NCBI RefSeq assembly: GCF_039592695.1
Contig: NZ_JBBUTK010000003.1
Location: forward strand, 564,244-588,243
From: Allomuricauda sp. d1
GTDB lineage: Bacteria; Bacteroidota; Bacteroidia; Flavobacteriales; Flavobacteriaceae
Direction: 5' to 3'
DNA length: 24,000 bases
The stretch's first letter is position 1; the number at the start of each line of letters is the position of its first letter. This document shows positions 1-9,224 of this stretch, piece after piece. Position numbers and translations under genes: made by a program. The notes under the pieces were generated by a model. That model was given only the letters and a program-made list of their open reading frames with translations. It searched no databases and was not told the origin of the DNA.

Positions 1-435
1 GAAGGAAATGTGTACACTGTTACCGCCATTCAAGAAACGTTGGACAAAAGCAATCTGGGAAATCTTGAAGTGGGCGACATCGTCAATTTGGAGCGTGCCA
101 TGGTCTTGGGCTCACGATTGGATGGGCATCTTGTTCAAGGCCATGTGGACCAAACCGCAATTTGTAACAATATTGAAGAGAAAGACGGTAGCTGGGTTTT
201 TACCTTCGGATATGACACTTCAAAAAAAAATGTTACCATTGAAAAAGGTTCCATCACTGTTGATGGTGTCAGCCTAACGGTTATTGATTCAAAAAAAGGT
301 TCGTTCTCAGTGGCCATCATTCCGTATACTTACGAAAATACACGGTTCAGCACCTATAAAGTAGGAAGCGTGATCAATCTAGAGTTTGATGTGATTGGCA
401 AGTATGTCGCACGGTTGTTGCAACTTAACGATTGA
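1..435 (+). CDS. ribE: Riboflavin synthase alpha chain, 5'-truncated by window edge
   Basis: Frame open from base 1 (EGNVYTVTAIQ...); NLERAMVLGSRLDGHLVQGHVD and SITVDGVSLTV...IPYTYENTRF are typical riboflavin synthase lumazine-binding repeats; stop at 433-435. Confidence 0.9.
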   Translation, partial: EGNVYTVTAIQETLDKSNLGNLEVGDIVNLERAMVLGSRLDGHLVQGHVDQTAICNNIEEKDGSWVFTFGYDTSKKNVTIEKGSITVDGVSLTVIDSKKGSFSVAIIPYTYENTRFSTYKVGSVINLEFDVIGKYVARLLQLND

Positions 436-441
436 AAGCGT

Positions 442-2244
442 TCAGAAAACGTCTTTCATCTTGGCCCATACTCGGCGCAGTGTAACAGCAGAAATCACAA
501 CTATTATGGTCAATATTACCGCCAATGTATAATTGCCATAAATCCAGTTGCCGGTAGCAAAAAGGCAACTGTAGACCAGTACGCAACCTACGAGCATGGC
601 AATGATTCCCGAAGGAACAGTCCACCTTTGTGTGCCGTCAACTATAGATTTGTCTTCAGCTTGGGCAGCTTTCCGAATTTTTTCCCATCCAGGGCCACCG
701 GGCTGTGTTTTTTTGTAAAAAGCGTACAAGGTTTCTTTAGATTCAGGTTTTGTCAAATAGGTGACCGCCAACCAAACAATGGTGGTCAGCAACACCACTA
801 ATACAAATTTGCTCCATGCAGGAAATGGTGCGCCATCCGACAGAAACAATTCGTCTTCAAATTGCCAAAACAAAATGGAGACAAAACCAGAAAAGAACAT
901 AGCAACGATTTCGCTCCATGCATTGATGCGCCACCAAAACCATCGGAGTATAAAAATAAGCCCCGTGCCCGCACCGAACATGATGATGATGTCAAACAAT
1001 TGCACAGCGTTCTGCAAGGCCAAGGCGAACAGTGCACTGAGCACCATAAGCACAATTGTGGTGATACGCCCCACCCTGACCAATTCTTTTTCAGAGGCGT
1101 TTTTGTTGATTTGCTGCTTGTAAAAATCATTGACCACGTACGATGAGCCCCAGTTCAGGTGGGTTGAAATTGTTGACATATAGGCAGCACCCAACGAAGC
1201 CAGCACAATGCCCAACAATCCCGAGGGCAATTTGGTCAACATGGCCGAGTAGGCCAAATCATGGCCCAATTTGCTTTCTTCAATATTGGGAAATGCCTGT
1301 CGAATACTCTCCAAGTCTGGAAAAACCACCAATGATGCCAACGCGACCAGAATCCATGGCCATGGACGCAGGGCATAGTGAAGAATATTGAAGAAGAACG
1401 TGGCCCCAACGGCGTGGTTTTCATTTTTGGCCGCGAGCATACGCTGCGCGATATAGCCACCGCCACCCGGTTCGCCACCTGGATACCATGCACTCCACCA
1501 CTGGACGGCCAGGGGCACTATCAACACGGTAATCAACGCTTCGGTATTCGAAAAATCGGGCAGAATGGACATTTTGCTCTTGACCAAATCGTTCTCCAAT
1601 ATGCTTGAGAGCCCACCGACTTCTGGCATGTTCACCAAATAGATGGCCGCGCCAATAGCGCCAACGATTGCCAAAAAGAAGAGCACAAAATCGGTATAGA
1701 CGACGCCTCGAAAGCCGCCAATGGCACTGAAAATCATGGTGATGCTTCCGGCAATCAGCACCGTTTGAATGGGGCTAAGCCCCAACATGACCTGCCCAAT
1801 TTTTATGGCCGCCAAGGTTACCGCAGACATGGCCATGACATTGAAGATAATACCGAGATAAATTGAGCGGAATCCCCTTAAAAAAGCGGCTGGTTTACCA
1901 CCATAGCGAAGTTCGTAGAATTCCATATCAGTCTTGACATCAGATTTTCGCCAAAGTTTGGCGTAGACAAAAACGGTCAATAACCCTGTCAGCAAAAAGA
2001 CCCACCAGCCCCAATTGCCCGAAACCCCATCGGTACGTACAAAATCAGTGACCAGATTAGGGGTGTCAGTTGAAAAGGTGGTGGCTACCATTGAAAAGCC
2101 CAATAGCCACCAAGGCATGTTTCGGCCCGACAAAAAATACTCTGTGGTGTTTTTTCCCGATTGTTTTGAAACGTAGACGCCAATGAAGAGCACAAGGGCA
2201 AAAAAGCCAAAAATAATGGCGTAATCGAGGGTTTGAATATCCAT
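442..2244 (-). CDS. Sodium:solute symporter (SSS family)
   Basis: 600 aa, many TM segments, N-terminal EYFLSGRNMPWWLLGFSMVATTFSTDTP motif typical of the SSS family. Confidence 0.9.
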   Translation of the reverse strand: MDIQTLDYAIIFGFFALVLFIGVYVSKQSGKNTTEYFLSGRNMPWWLLGFSMVATTFSTDTPNLVTDFVRTDGVSGNWGWWVFLLTGLLTVFVYAKLWRKSDVKTDMEFYELRYGGKPAAFLRGFRSIYLGIIFNVMAMSAVTLAAIKIGQVMLGLSPIQTVLIAGSITMIFSAIGGFRGVVYTDFVLFFLAIVGAIGAAIYLVNMPEVGGLSSILENDLVKSKMSILPDFSNTEALITVLIVPLAVQWWSAWYPGGEPGGGGYIAQRMLAAKNENHAVGATFFFNILHYALRPWPWILVALASLVVFPDLESIRQAFPNIEESKLGHDLAYSAMLTKLPSGLLGIVLASLGAAYMSTISTHLNWGSSYVVNDFYKQQINKNASEKELVRVGRITTIVLMVLSALFALALQNAVQLFDIIIMFGAGTGLIFILRWFWWRINAWSEIVAMFFSGFVSILFWQFEDELFLSDGAPFPAWSKFVLVVLLTTIVWLAVTYLTKPESKETLYAFYKKTQPGGPGWEKIRKAAQAEDKSIVDGTQRWTVPSGIIAMLVGCVLVYSCLFATGNWIYGNYTLAVILTIIVVISAVTLRRVWAKMKDVF

Positions 2245-2309
2245 AATTTGATGTTGGTCGAATGTTAAAGATAGTATTTTATCAATATTTTTGACCTTCA
2301 GCCAGCACT

Positions 2310-3056
2310 ATGTCGACCATTGCTATTTCTACCGCCGCTTGGGCCATGGCCTATACCGCCATTTTTCTTTTGGGCATTTCAAAATCTGGTCTGAAAGGGC
2401 TCTCCATTTTTAATGTAACGCTATTGGCGCTTGCTTTCGGAGCACGGGAGTCTACAGGAATAATGATGCCGCTGCTTTTGGTGGGTGATGTATTTGCCGT
2501 GATTTATTACAACCGCCATACCCAATGGAAATATATCATACGCTTTATGCCATGGATGATTACCGGAATTCTGATCGGAGTATGGATTGGGAAAGAGCTG
2601 CCCGAAACCCAGTTCAAAATCGGAATGGTCATTGTCATTTTTATCAGCTTGGCCCTTTTGGTTTATTGGGATAGACGAAAATCAAAGTCTGTACCCACGC
2701 ACTGGAGCTTTGCGGGAAGCATCGGTGTTTTGGCCGGTATTTGCACCATGATCGGTAATTTGGCTGGGGCGTTTACCAACATTTTCTTTTTGGCCATGCG
2801 CCTGCCCAAAAATGAATTTGTGGGTACTGCGGCATGGCTGTTCTTGATTACCAATGCCTTTAAAATGCCCTTTCACATCTGGGTCTGGAAAACCATTTCT
2901 TGGGAAACCTTAATCATAGATCTAAAGTTGTTGCCCGCCATTTTTGCTGGTTTGGTCTTGGGTGTGTTCTTGGTAAAGATCATCAATGAAAAACAATACC
3001 GGCAGTTTGTCTTGGTGGTGACCGCGATTGGGGCTGTGGTGATATTGTTCAGGTAG
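2310..3056 (+). CDS. Sulfite exporter TauE/SafE family permease
   Basis: 248 aa hydrophobic protein with repeated glycine-rich TM segments typical of TauE/SafE proteins (GLSIFNVTLLALAFGARESTGIMMPLLLVGDVFAVIYY). Confidence 0.8.
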   Translation: MSTIAISTAAWAMAYTAIFLLGISKSGLKGLSIFNVTLLALAFGARESTGIMMPLLLVGDVFAVIYYNRHTQWKYIIRFMPWMITGILIGVWIGKELPETQFKIGMVIVIFISLALLVYWDRRKSKSVPTHWSFAGSIGVLAGICTMIGNLAGAFTNIFFLAMRLPKNEFVGTAAWLFLITNAFKMPFHIWVWKTISWETLIIDLKLLPAIFAGLVLGVFLVKIINEKQYRQFVLVVTAIGAVVILFR

Positions 3057-3113
3057 TGCAAGCCTTTCTGTTTTGTTAAGTATTTGTTAATTCTAACTAT
3101 TTGAAATATCTTC

Positions 3114-3317
3114 ATGCCTGTGAATCAATCATTTATTCCGATGAAAGCCAAAGAAAATGTAACCGCTGCACGAATTCTTACCGCTGCCCTACTGTTCAGT
3201 ATTGCAGTTTTGGCCTATACAGTACATAGGGAGTATTCAGAGGAAATCTCAGATCACATTGAAAAAACTGTTGTTGAGCTTTTGCCTGATATGGAGAATA
3301 GTCTGGCAAAACTATAA
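3114..3317 (+). CDS. Small hypothetical protein with one predicted TM helix
   Basis: 67 aa ORF (possible shorter start at internal Met) with TM segment ILTAALLFSIAVLAYTV; no recognised family. Confidence 0.4.
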   Translation: MPVNQSFIPMKAKENVTAARILTAALLFSIAVLAYTVHREYSEEISDHIEKTVVELLPDMENSLAKL

Positions 3318-3324
3318 TCTAAAC

Positions 3325-3353
3325 AAAAATCAAGCCCCACTTTCGCAGGGCTT
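3325..3353 (-). terminator. Probable intrinsic terminator of the tRNA gene
   Basis: Minus-strand reading after the tRNA: AAGCCC-tgcgaaagtg-GGGCTT followed by GATTTTTG. Confidence 0.6.
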
Positions 3354-3357
3354 ATAC

Positions 3358-3434
3358 TGGTGGTCCCACCTGGGCTCGAACCAGGGACCCCTTGATTATG
3401 AGTCAAGTGCTCTAACCAGCTGAGCTATAGGACC
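3358..3434 (-). tRNA. tRNA with CAT anticodon (elongator Met or Ile2, not resolved), CCA encoded
   Basis: Minus strand GGTCCTA-TA-GCTC..GAGC-A-CTTGA-CTCATAA-TCAAG-GGGTC-CCTGG-TTCGAGC-CCAGG-TGGGACC-A-CCA folds as a full cloverleaf. Confidence 0.95.
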
Positions 3435-3541
3435 CTGTCGCTTTAGCGACAAAACTCAAAATCCAAATCCCAAAATGAGAAATGTTTTTGAGGATGGCAA
3501 AATTAAGCTATTCTTCCGATATTTCTAATGGATTCCAATTT

Positions 3542-3970
3542 TTAAGCCCCCTCTCCTTTGGGGAGAGGGGCTTCTTGGCACAATTCCACCAACACCCCAT
3601 TTGTGGTTTTTGGATGCAAAAAAGCCACCAACTTATTGTCTGCTCCTTTTTTTGGGGTTTCGTTCAATATGGTGAACCCTTCCCCTTTTAATCTTTTGAT
3701 TTCACCCACAATATCATCCACAGCAAAGGCAACATGGTGTATGCCCTGCCCCTTTTTCTCCAAAAATTTTGCAATGGGGCTATCGGGGTTGGTCGCTTCC
3801 AGCAGTTCGATCTTATTGGGGCCATTTTTGAAAAAAGAGGTGCGTACCCCTTCGCTGGCCACTTCTTCTATTTTGTAATGGGGCCTGCCCAACAATTTTT
3901 CGAACAGATTGTTTGAGGCTTCCAAATCATTCACGGCAATACCGATGTGCTCTATTTTCTTCATTTGCAT
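3542..3970 (-). CDS. mce: Methylmalonyl-CoA epimerase (VOC family)
   Basis: MKKIEHIGIAVNDLEASNNLFEKLLG...GIHHVAFAVDDI...GVLVELCQE is the canonical MCE pattern. Confidence 0.92.
   Translation of the reverse strand: MQMKKIEHIGIAVNDLEASNNLFEKLLGRPHYKIEEVASEGVRTSFFKNGPNKIELLEATNPDSPIAKFLEKKGQGIHHVAFAVDDIVGEIKRLKGEGFTILNETPKKGADNKLVAFLHPKTTNGVLVELCQEAPLPKGEGA
3544..3573. repeat. GC-rich palindrome overlapping the 3' end of mce
   Basis: AAGCCCCCTCTCC-TTT-GGGGAGAGGGGCTT; near-perfect inverted repeat coding for the PLPKGEGA tail of the epimerase. Confidence 0.7.
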
Positions 3971-4036
3971 GAAATTACTAAAGTTAGCCCCAATTTAACC
4001 ACTCCTAAATTATCAAATGATGAGTTTGGTCATTAA

Positions 4037-4447
4037 TTGGCTTATTTTTGCAAGATGGAAACGCAACGACAGAAAAAAATAGCGGGTATCTTACAGCAAG
4101 ACCTCGCCGAAATATTGCAACGGGCCGCCACAGATGGTGGTATGAAGGGCGTTCTTATCAGCGTTTCAAAGGTGAATGTGACCGCCGACCTTTCCATTGC
4201 AAAGGTGTACATCAGTATTTTTCCTTCGGATAAAGGGACAGAATTATTGGACGGCATCAAATCAAACGAACCCTTGATCAAACACCAGCTGGCCCAGCGC
4301 ACGCGCCATCAAATGCGCCGCGTACCAGAGCTGATATTTTATTTGGATGATTCTCTTGACTACATAGAAGACATCGAAAAATCATTGAAGGGCAATGAAA
4401 ATCCACTTGAAAATCGCGACCTTCTGGATAAGCGAAAGAAAAAATAG
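4037..4447 (+). CDS. rbfA: 30S ribosome-binding factor A
   Basis: ILQQDLAEILQRAA...VNVTADLSIAKVYISIFPSDK...PELIFYLDDSLDYIEDIEK; RbfA pattern; stop just before the permease gene. Confidence 0.93.
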   Translation: MAYFCKMETQRQKKIAGILQQDLAEILQRAATDGGMKGVLISVSKVNVTADLSIAKVYISIFPSDKGTELLDGIKSNEPLIKHQLAQRTRHQMRRVPELIFYLDDSLDYIEDIEKSLKGNENPLENRDLLDKRKKK

Positions 4448-4449
4448 CT

Positions 4450-5658
4450 TTGAATTTTCCATTGTACATCGCCAAGCGGTATCTACGCTCTAAAAGCAGC
4501 CAAAATGCGGTGAACATTATCAATTTTATCACTTTTTTGGTGATTGTCATCGGGTCGGCAGCCTTGTTTATTGTTCTCTCTGCTTTTGCGGGATTGAAGA
4601 CTTTTAGTCTACAGTTTACCAACAGCTTTGACCCTGACCTAAAAGCGATGCCTGTGACCGGGAAGGTTTTTTCCCTTTCCCCACAAGAGGAAACCGAATT
4701 GGGCAACATTGGCGAGGTCACTCATTTTTCAAAAGAGCTGGAAGAGCGCGTATACCTCTCGTTTAAAGACAAGGGTGATATTGTTGATATCAAGGGGGTA
4801 GATGAGAATTATCGAAAGACCACAGGTATTGACAGTACGATATATTTTGGTAATTGGGGCGTGAATGGGCAGAGCGCGGTCATGGGTATCGGTATCAGTA
4901 ATTCACTGGGCATTCCTGTCGGCAACTATCAAAACCCCATGGTGGTCTTGGCCCCAAAACCGGGCAAAGGTTCTGTTTCATCGCAATCGCTCAATTCAAA
5001 GCCCTATACAGAACTGCCCCTCGTTTTGAGCGGTGTGTACGCCATTGAAGACAATCTCGACAAAAAGTATGTTTTTGTTTCCCTTCCTCTGGTTCAAAAT
5101 CTTCTGCAAAAAGACGATGGCGAGATTTCAGGCATTAATTTCAAACTGAACCCTAGTGTTGATTTAGAGGAAGTCCGCACAGCCATAAAAAACATCTTGG
5201 GCGAAAAAGTGGTTGTACTGAGTCGACGTGAGCTCAACGGGACACTATACCGTATGCTGAACACAGAAAATTTGGCCACCTACCTTATTTTTACATTGGT
5301 GCTCATTATCGCCCTGTTCAACGTGGTCGGGGCCATTATCATGATGATTTTGGACAAACAACAAAATTCAAAAACACTCTTCAGTCTGGGCACGACCATC
5401 AAAGAACTTCGAAGAATTTATTTTGTTCAGGGCGTTTTGGTGACCTCGTTGGGTGGGCTTATCGGTGTCATCATAGGTTCATTGCTGATTGTTTCACAAT
5501 TGGCTTTCGGCTGGCTTAAAATCACCCCTTCTCTGGCTTACCCAGTAGAATATGGTGTGATGAATGTTGTCATCGTTTTGGCAACGATTGTGGTGTTGGG
5601 GGTCATTTCTTCAAAGATTGCCAGTAGTCGGGTATCAAAAAAACTGGTGTCTTTCTAG
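4450..5658 (+). CDS. ABC transporter permease, FtsX/LolC-LolE family
   Basis: MNFPLYIAKRYLRSKSSQNAVNIINFITFLVIVIGSAALFIVLSAFAG N-terminus and C-terminal FtsX-like TM block (FNVVGAIIMMILDKQQNSKTLFSLGTT). Confidence 0.9.
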   Translation: MNFPLYIAKRYLRSKSSQNAVNIINFITFLVIVIGSAALFIVLSAFAGLKTFSLQFTNSFDPDLKAMPVTGKVFSLSPQEETELGNIGEVTHFSKELEERVYLSFKDKGDIVDIKGVDENYRKTTGIDSTIYFGNWGVNGQSAVMGIGISNSLGIPVGNYQNPMVVLAPKPGKGSVSSQSLNSKPYTELPLVLSGVYAIEDNLDKKYVFVSLPLVQNLLQKDDGEISGINFKLNPSVDLEEVRTAIKNILGEKVVVLSRRELNGTLYRMLNTENLATYLIFTLVLIIALFNVVGAIIMMILDKQQNSKTLFSLGTTIKELRRIYFVQGVLVTSLGGLIGVIIGSLLIVSQLAFGWLKITPSLAYPVEYGVMNVVIVLATIVVLGVISSKIASSRVSKKLVSF

Positions 5659-6671
5659 GCGAATTGAAAATTTCCGAACTTTTCGAGAACCTCATCAAAA
5701 GCGGCGAACACATCAATTGCTTCGTCACTGGTCACCATTTTCATTCGGTATTCCTTAAAGTGTGGAATGCCCTTAAAATAGTTGGTATAATGCCTTCGGG
5801 TCTCGAACACGCCCAATTTTTCGCCCTTCCAATCGATGGCCATCTGCAAATGGCGACGGGCCGCCTCAACACGTTCTTCCATGGTTGGGGGGTCTAAGTG
5901 CCGGCCTGTTTCAAAATAATGTTTCACTTGGTTGAAGAACCAAGGGTTGCCAATACTTGCCCTGCCTATCATAGCACCATCAAGTCCGTAATCATCACGC
6001 ATTCTCATTGCAGCCTCAGGGGTATCCACATCGCCATTACCAAAAACGGGAATGTGCATTCTTTGATTGTTTTTGACCTCAGCAATAGGTTTCCAGTTAG
6101 CTTCACCTTTGTACATCTGAACCCTTGTTCTTCCATGAATGGAAATGGCCTGAATGCCCACATCTTGAAGGCGTTCGGCAACCTCAACTATTTTTATGGA
6201 ATTGTGGTCCCACCCCAAGCGGGTCTTTACGGTCACCGGAAGCTTGGTGCGCTTCACCATGGCCTCGGTCAATTTGACCATCAAGGGAATGTCGCGAAGA
6301 ATACCTGCCCCAGCATTTTTACAGACCACTTTTTTTACCGGGCAACCAAAATTGATGTCGATGATGTCTGGGTTGGATTTCTCAACGATATCAATGGCTT
6401 GCAACATCGAATCCATTTCGGCCCCAAAGATTTGGATGCCCACGGGGCGTTCTTTTTCGTAAATGTCCAATTTGATGACGCTTTTTGCGGCATCGCGAAT
6501 CAATCCTTCAGAAGAAATGAACTCGGTGTACACCACATCGGCCCCGTTCTCTTTGCAAAGCGCACGGAAGGGTGGGTCGCTGACATCTTCCATAGGGGCC
6601 AAAAGCAACGGAAAATCAGGCAGTTCTATGTTTCCTATTTTGGGCAAACCATTTTCTTTTTCGGACAGCAA
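5655..6671 (-). CDS. dusB: tRNA-dihydrouridine synthase
   Basis: LLAPMEDVSDPPFRALCKENGADVVYTEFISSEGL, IDINFGCPVKKVVCKNAGAGIL, KTRLGWD, GRTRVQMYKG, GNGDV: Dus hallmarks. Confidence 0.93.
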   Translation of the reverse strand: MLSEKENGLPKIGNIELPDFPLLLAPMEDVSDPPFRALCKENGADVVYTEFISSEGLIRDAAKSVIKLDIYEKERPVGIQIFGAEMDSMLQAIDIVEKSNPDIIDINFGCPVKKVVCKNAGAGILRDIPLMVKLTEAMVKRTKLPVTVKTRLGWDHNSIKIVEVAERLQDVGIQAISIHGRTRVQMYKGEANWKPIAEVKNNQRMHIPVFGNGDVDTPEAAMRMRDDYGLDGAMIGRASIGNPWFFNQVKHYFETGRHLDPPTMEERVEAARRHLQMAIDWKGEKLGVFETRRHYTNYFKGIPHFKEYRMKMVTSDEAIDVFAAFDEVLEKFGNFQFA

Positions 6672-6701
6672 AATTACAAAATTGCCAAAAAGAAGGGCAA
6701 A

Positions 6702-9119
6702 TCATTGATTTTCAAGTCGTTCACGTTCTTTCTTTTCAATGGTCCGCTCGTTGTCTTCGAGTCTGAAATTGCCGAAGTTATAGGTGAACCCAAACCTGAC
6801 GAACTGGGTCTCAGGCTGTGAAAAATAGAAATTGTCTTGGTTCAGGTATTGAGAGGTGTAGGTGCCGTTTGCTTTGCCCAAAAGGTCCTCTGCAGCAATG
6901 GATATTACGGCGCGGTTGTTCCAAAACGATTTTCTGAGGCCAAGCGTCAGATTCGTGGTAGGTGATTGTACGTACGAACCGAAGAGATATTTTGAAAAAT
7001 GGGTGAACGTGACCTCTCCTGTAAAACTTCCATCTTCTGAAAGAGTGAGGTAATTGGCCAAGTATACGTAAAAGCCCTCAATGCTATTAGTCGCGGGGAT
7101 GTCGCCACTCTCCACTGCCAAAAAAGTTTCATCCTCGTGAAAAATAGAAGTATAGGCGTACAAAAACCAAGGATTGGCAATACTCTTGCTCAATGTAAAG
7201 TCAATGCCGTATGATGTGCTTTCCAAAACATTTTGCTTCAACTGTCGCAGCACCAACAAATTGTTGTCTTGAAATACCAAGTCGCTGATGTAGTTGCCAT
7301 TATCGCGATAATACAGATCAAAGAAAAACTCGTTGTTCAGGGTATAGTTGAGGTTGAAGTTATTGGTGAAGTTGGGCTGTAACCTTGGGTTACCGTCCTC
7401 AAAATCATTTTCGTTATAGAAAAATCGAAACGGATTCAAATCATTGTACCTTGGCCGTGCCACGCCCCTATCGTAATCAAATGAAAAGCTATGGCTTTCT
7501 GATGCCGTGAACAGCACATTCAAAGAAGGAAAAACACTCAAAAAATCTTGTGAATTGACCACGTCAAGGGTGCGTGAAATGCCTTCGGCATTGGTTTGTT
7601 CGCCCCTGACCCCGGCTTTGACCGACCATTTTTCCCAACTCTTCAAGATGCTCACATAGGCCGCATAAATCGATTCATTGTACTCAAAATCATCAGACAG
7701 TGAGCTATCGACTACATCGCTGTTGCCCAAAAAATTGGAATACAAAATGCTGTTCTGAGAATCGATAGTCGAAACTTTCAGGCCTGTCTCCAACGATGTT
7801 GTTCCAAATGGAAAGTACAAATCGGCCTGGCCGGTCAAAATTTGAATGTCTTGATTTGCATCGGTCCGAAACCCAAAGCTTCTTGAAAAACCTCCCGTTG
7901 CATCAAAATAATCTGAAAGAATGTTTTGTGTGGATGCTTTGCCATAATCGGTGTAATGCGCATTGAGCGACAATTGGGCGCCTTCTTTTTTGAATTTGTG
8001 CATATAGTTCACATCAAAAGCGAGGTTGGTGCGGTCGCGTCTTCCTGAATTGTCGGTCACAAAGGTGGAATCCAACTGGTTTTGCCCGTCGAGTATTACA
8101 GCGTCCAGATTTCTTCGCCATTCTTGATCTGGATTAAAAGACAGGTTTGATGTCAGATTCAGGCTGTTTCTACCGTCAATATCATAATCAGCTATAACTG
8201 TAGCGGTATGGATCTGCGAATCGGTAATCTGTTCATCATCTGTCGACCATCTTGAAAAAACATCGTTGCTGTCATTGATAAAATTGATGCCCTTGTCGAC
8301 CTGTAGAGACTCTTTTTTTGGATTGAAAGAATAGTTGCCAAAAAGGCTCAGCTTGTCTGTTTTGAAATAATGGCTCGTGCCGATGACATATTTGGGAAAT
8401 ATGGCTTGGGTAAAACTCCCGTTGACACTGCCCTTGTAGCCCGGTATGATGTTCTTGCTGGTAACAATGTTCAATATCGGTCCGCCCTCGGCATCGTAGC
8501 GCGCAGGTGGGTTGGCAACCACTTCAACGGATTTGATGTTCGTTCCCGATAATCCTTCCAGTAAGTCTTTCACTTCCTGACCTGACAATTGCACTTTTCT
8601 GTCGTTTAGATATACCGTGGCCGATTGCCCCTTGATCTGAAGGTCTTCTTGATTGACAATGACCCCAGGTGTGCTTCTCAAAATATCCCAAGAACTGCCT
8701 TGTGAAACGACCGTGTTCTCGACGTTGAAGACCAATCGATCCGAAAGTCGTTCGAGGGTCGGGCGCTTTGCGGTCACCACCACTTCATCCAAAGTCTGGG
8801 CAGCTGCGGGAATGATCAATGCGCCCAGCGATATATCGTTCTTGACGTCCAAAGCCAAGGGTTTTGAAGCACGCCCCACATAACTGGCCTGCAACAGATA
8901 GAGGCTGGGGGCGATGTCTTCAAGATTAAAAATGCCCTGCTCATCAGCTGAAGTACCCTGCACAAATGTGGAATCTGTAGCGTTCAACAACAAGATATTG
9001 GCAAAAGCCACTACCTCGTTACTGTCGTCAATTACTTTGCCCTTTATGGAGAAGGTCTGGGCAGAAATGCTAGAAATGGCAAAAGCCGCTAATACGAAAC
9101 AGCGCAGCAGTGGTTTCAT
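6702..9119 (-). CDS. Outer membrane beta-barrel / TonB-dependent receptor-like protein with N-terminal carboxypeptidase-like regulatory domain
   Basis: Signal peptide, FSIKGKVIDDSNEVVAFANILL, plug-like LSDRLVFNVENTV...DILRSTPGVIV, and long beta-barrel C-terminus. Confidence 0.88.
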   Translation of the reverse strand: MKPLLRCFVLAAFAISSISAQTFSIKGKVIDDSNEVVAFANILLLNATDSTFVQGTSADEQGIFNLEDIAPSLYLLQASYVGRASKPLALDVKNDISLGALIIPAAAQTLDEVVVTAKRPTLERLSDRLVFNVENTVVSQGSSWDILRSTPGVIVNQEDLQIKGQSATVYLNDRKVQLSGQEVKDLLEGLSGTNIKSVEVVANPPARYDAEGGPILNIVTSKNIIPGYKGSVNGSFTQAIFPKYVIGTSHYFKTDKLSLFGNYSFNPKKESLQVDKGINFINDSNDVFSRWSTDDEQITDSQIHTATVIADYDIDGRNSLNLTSNLSFNPDQEWRRNLDAVILDGQNQLDSTFVTDNSGRRDRTNLAFDVNYMHKFKKEGAQLSLNAHYTDYGKASTQNILSDYFDATGGFSRSFGFRTDANQDIQILTGQADLYFPFGTTSLETGLKVSTIDSQNSILYSNFLGNSDVVDSSLSDDFEYNESIYAAYVSILKSWEKWSVKAGVRGEQTNAEGISRTLDVVNSQDFLSVFPSLNVLFTASESHSFSFDYDRGVARPRYNDLNPFRFFYNENDFEDGNPRLQPNFTNNFNLNYTLNNEFFFDLYYRDNGNYISDLVFQDNNLLVLRQLKQNVLESTSYGIDFTLSKSIANPWFLYAYTSIFHEDETFLAVESGDIPATNSIEGFYVYLANYLTLSEDGSFTGEVTFTHFSKYLFGSYVQSPTTNLTLGLRKSFWNNRAVISIAAEDLLGKANGTYTSQYLNQDNFYFSQPETQFVRFGFTYNFGNFRLEDNERTIEKKERERLENQ

Positions 9120-9224
9120 TCATCGTTTGGGTTGTAGGCAAATCTAACGATTTATTTGCGAGGCTATTGTTAAAGCAATAAAAGACCCCTCTGGGCCTTC
9201 AAAAGAAGTATATTTGCAGTTCTT

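Noticed and set aside
798-1130. 110-aa minus-strand ORF, with several other ORFs nested in the SSS symporter
   Set aside because: Fully inside the well-supported symporter frame; no independent support.
5898-6821. 307-aa plus-strand ORF
   Set aside because: Antisense to dusB and the end of the beta-barrel gene; composition is that of a shadow ORF and no domain is recognisable.
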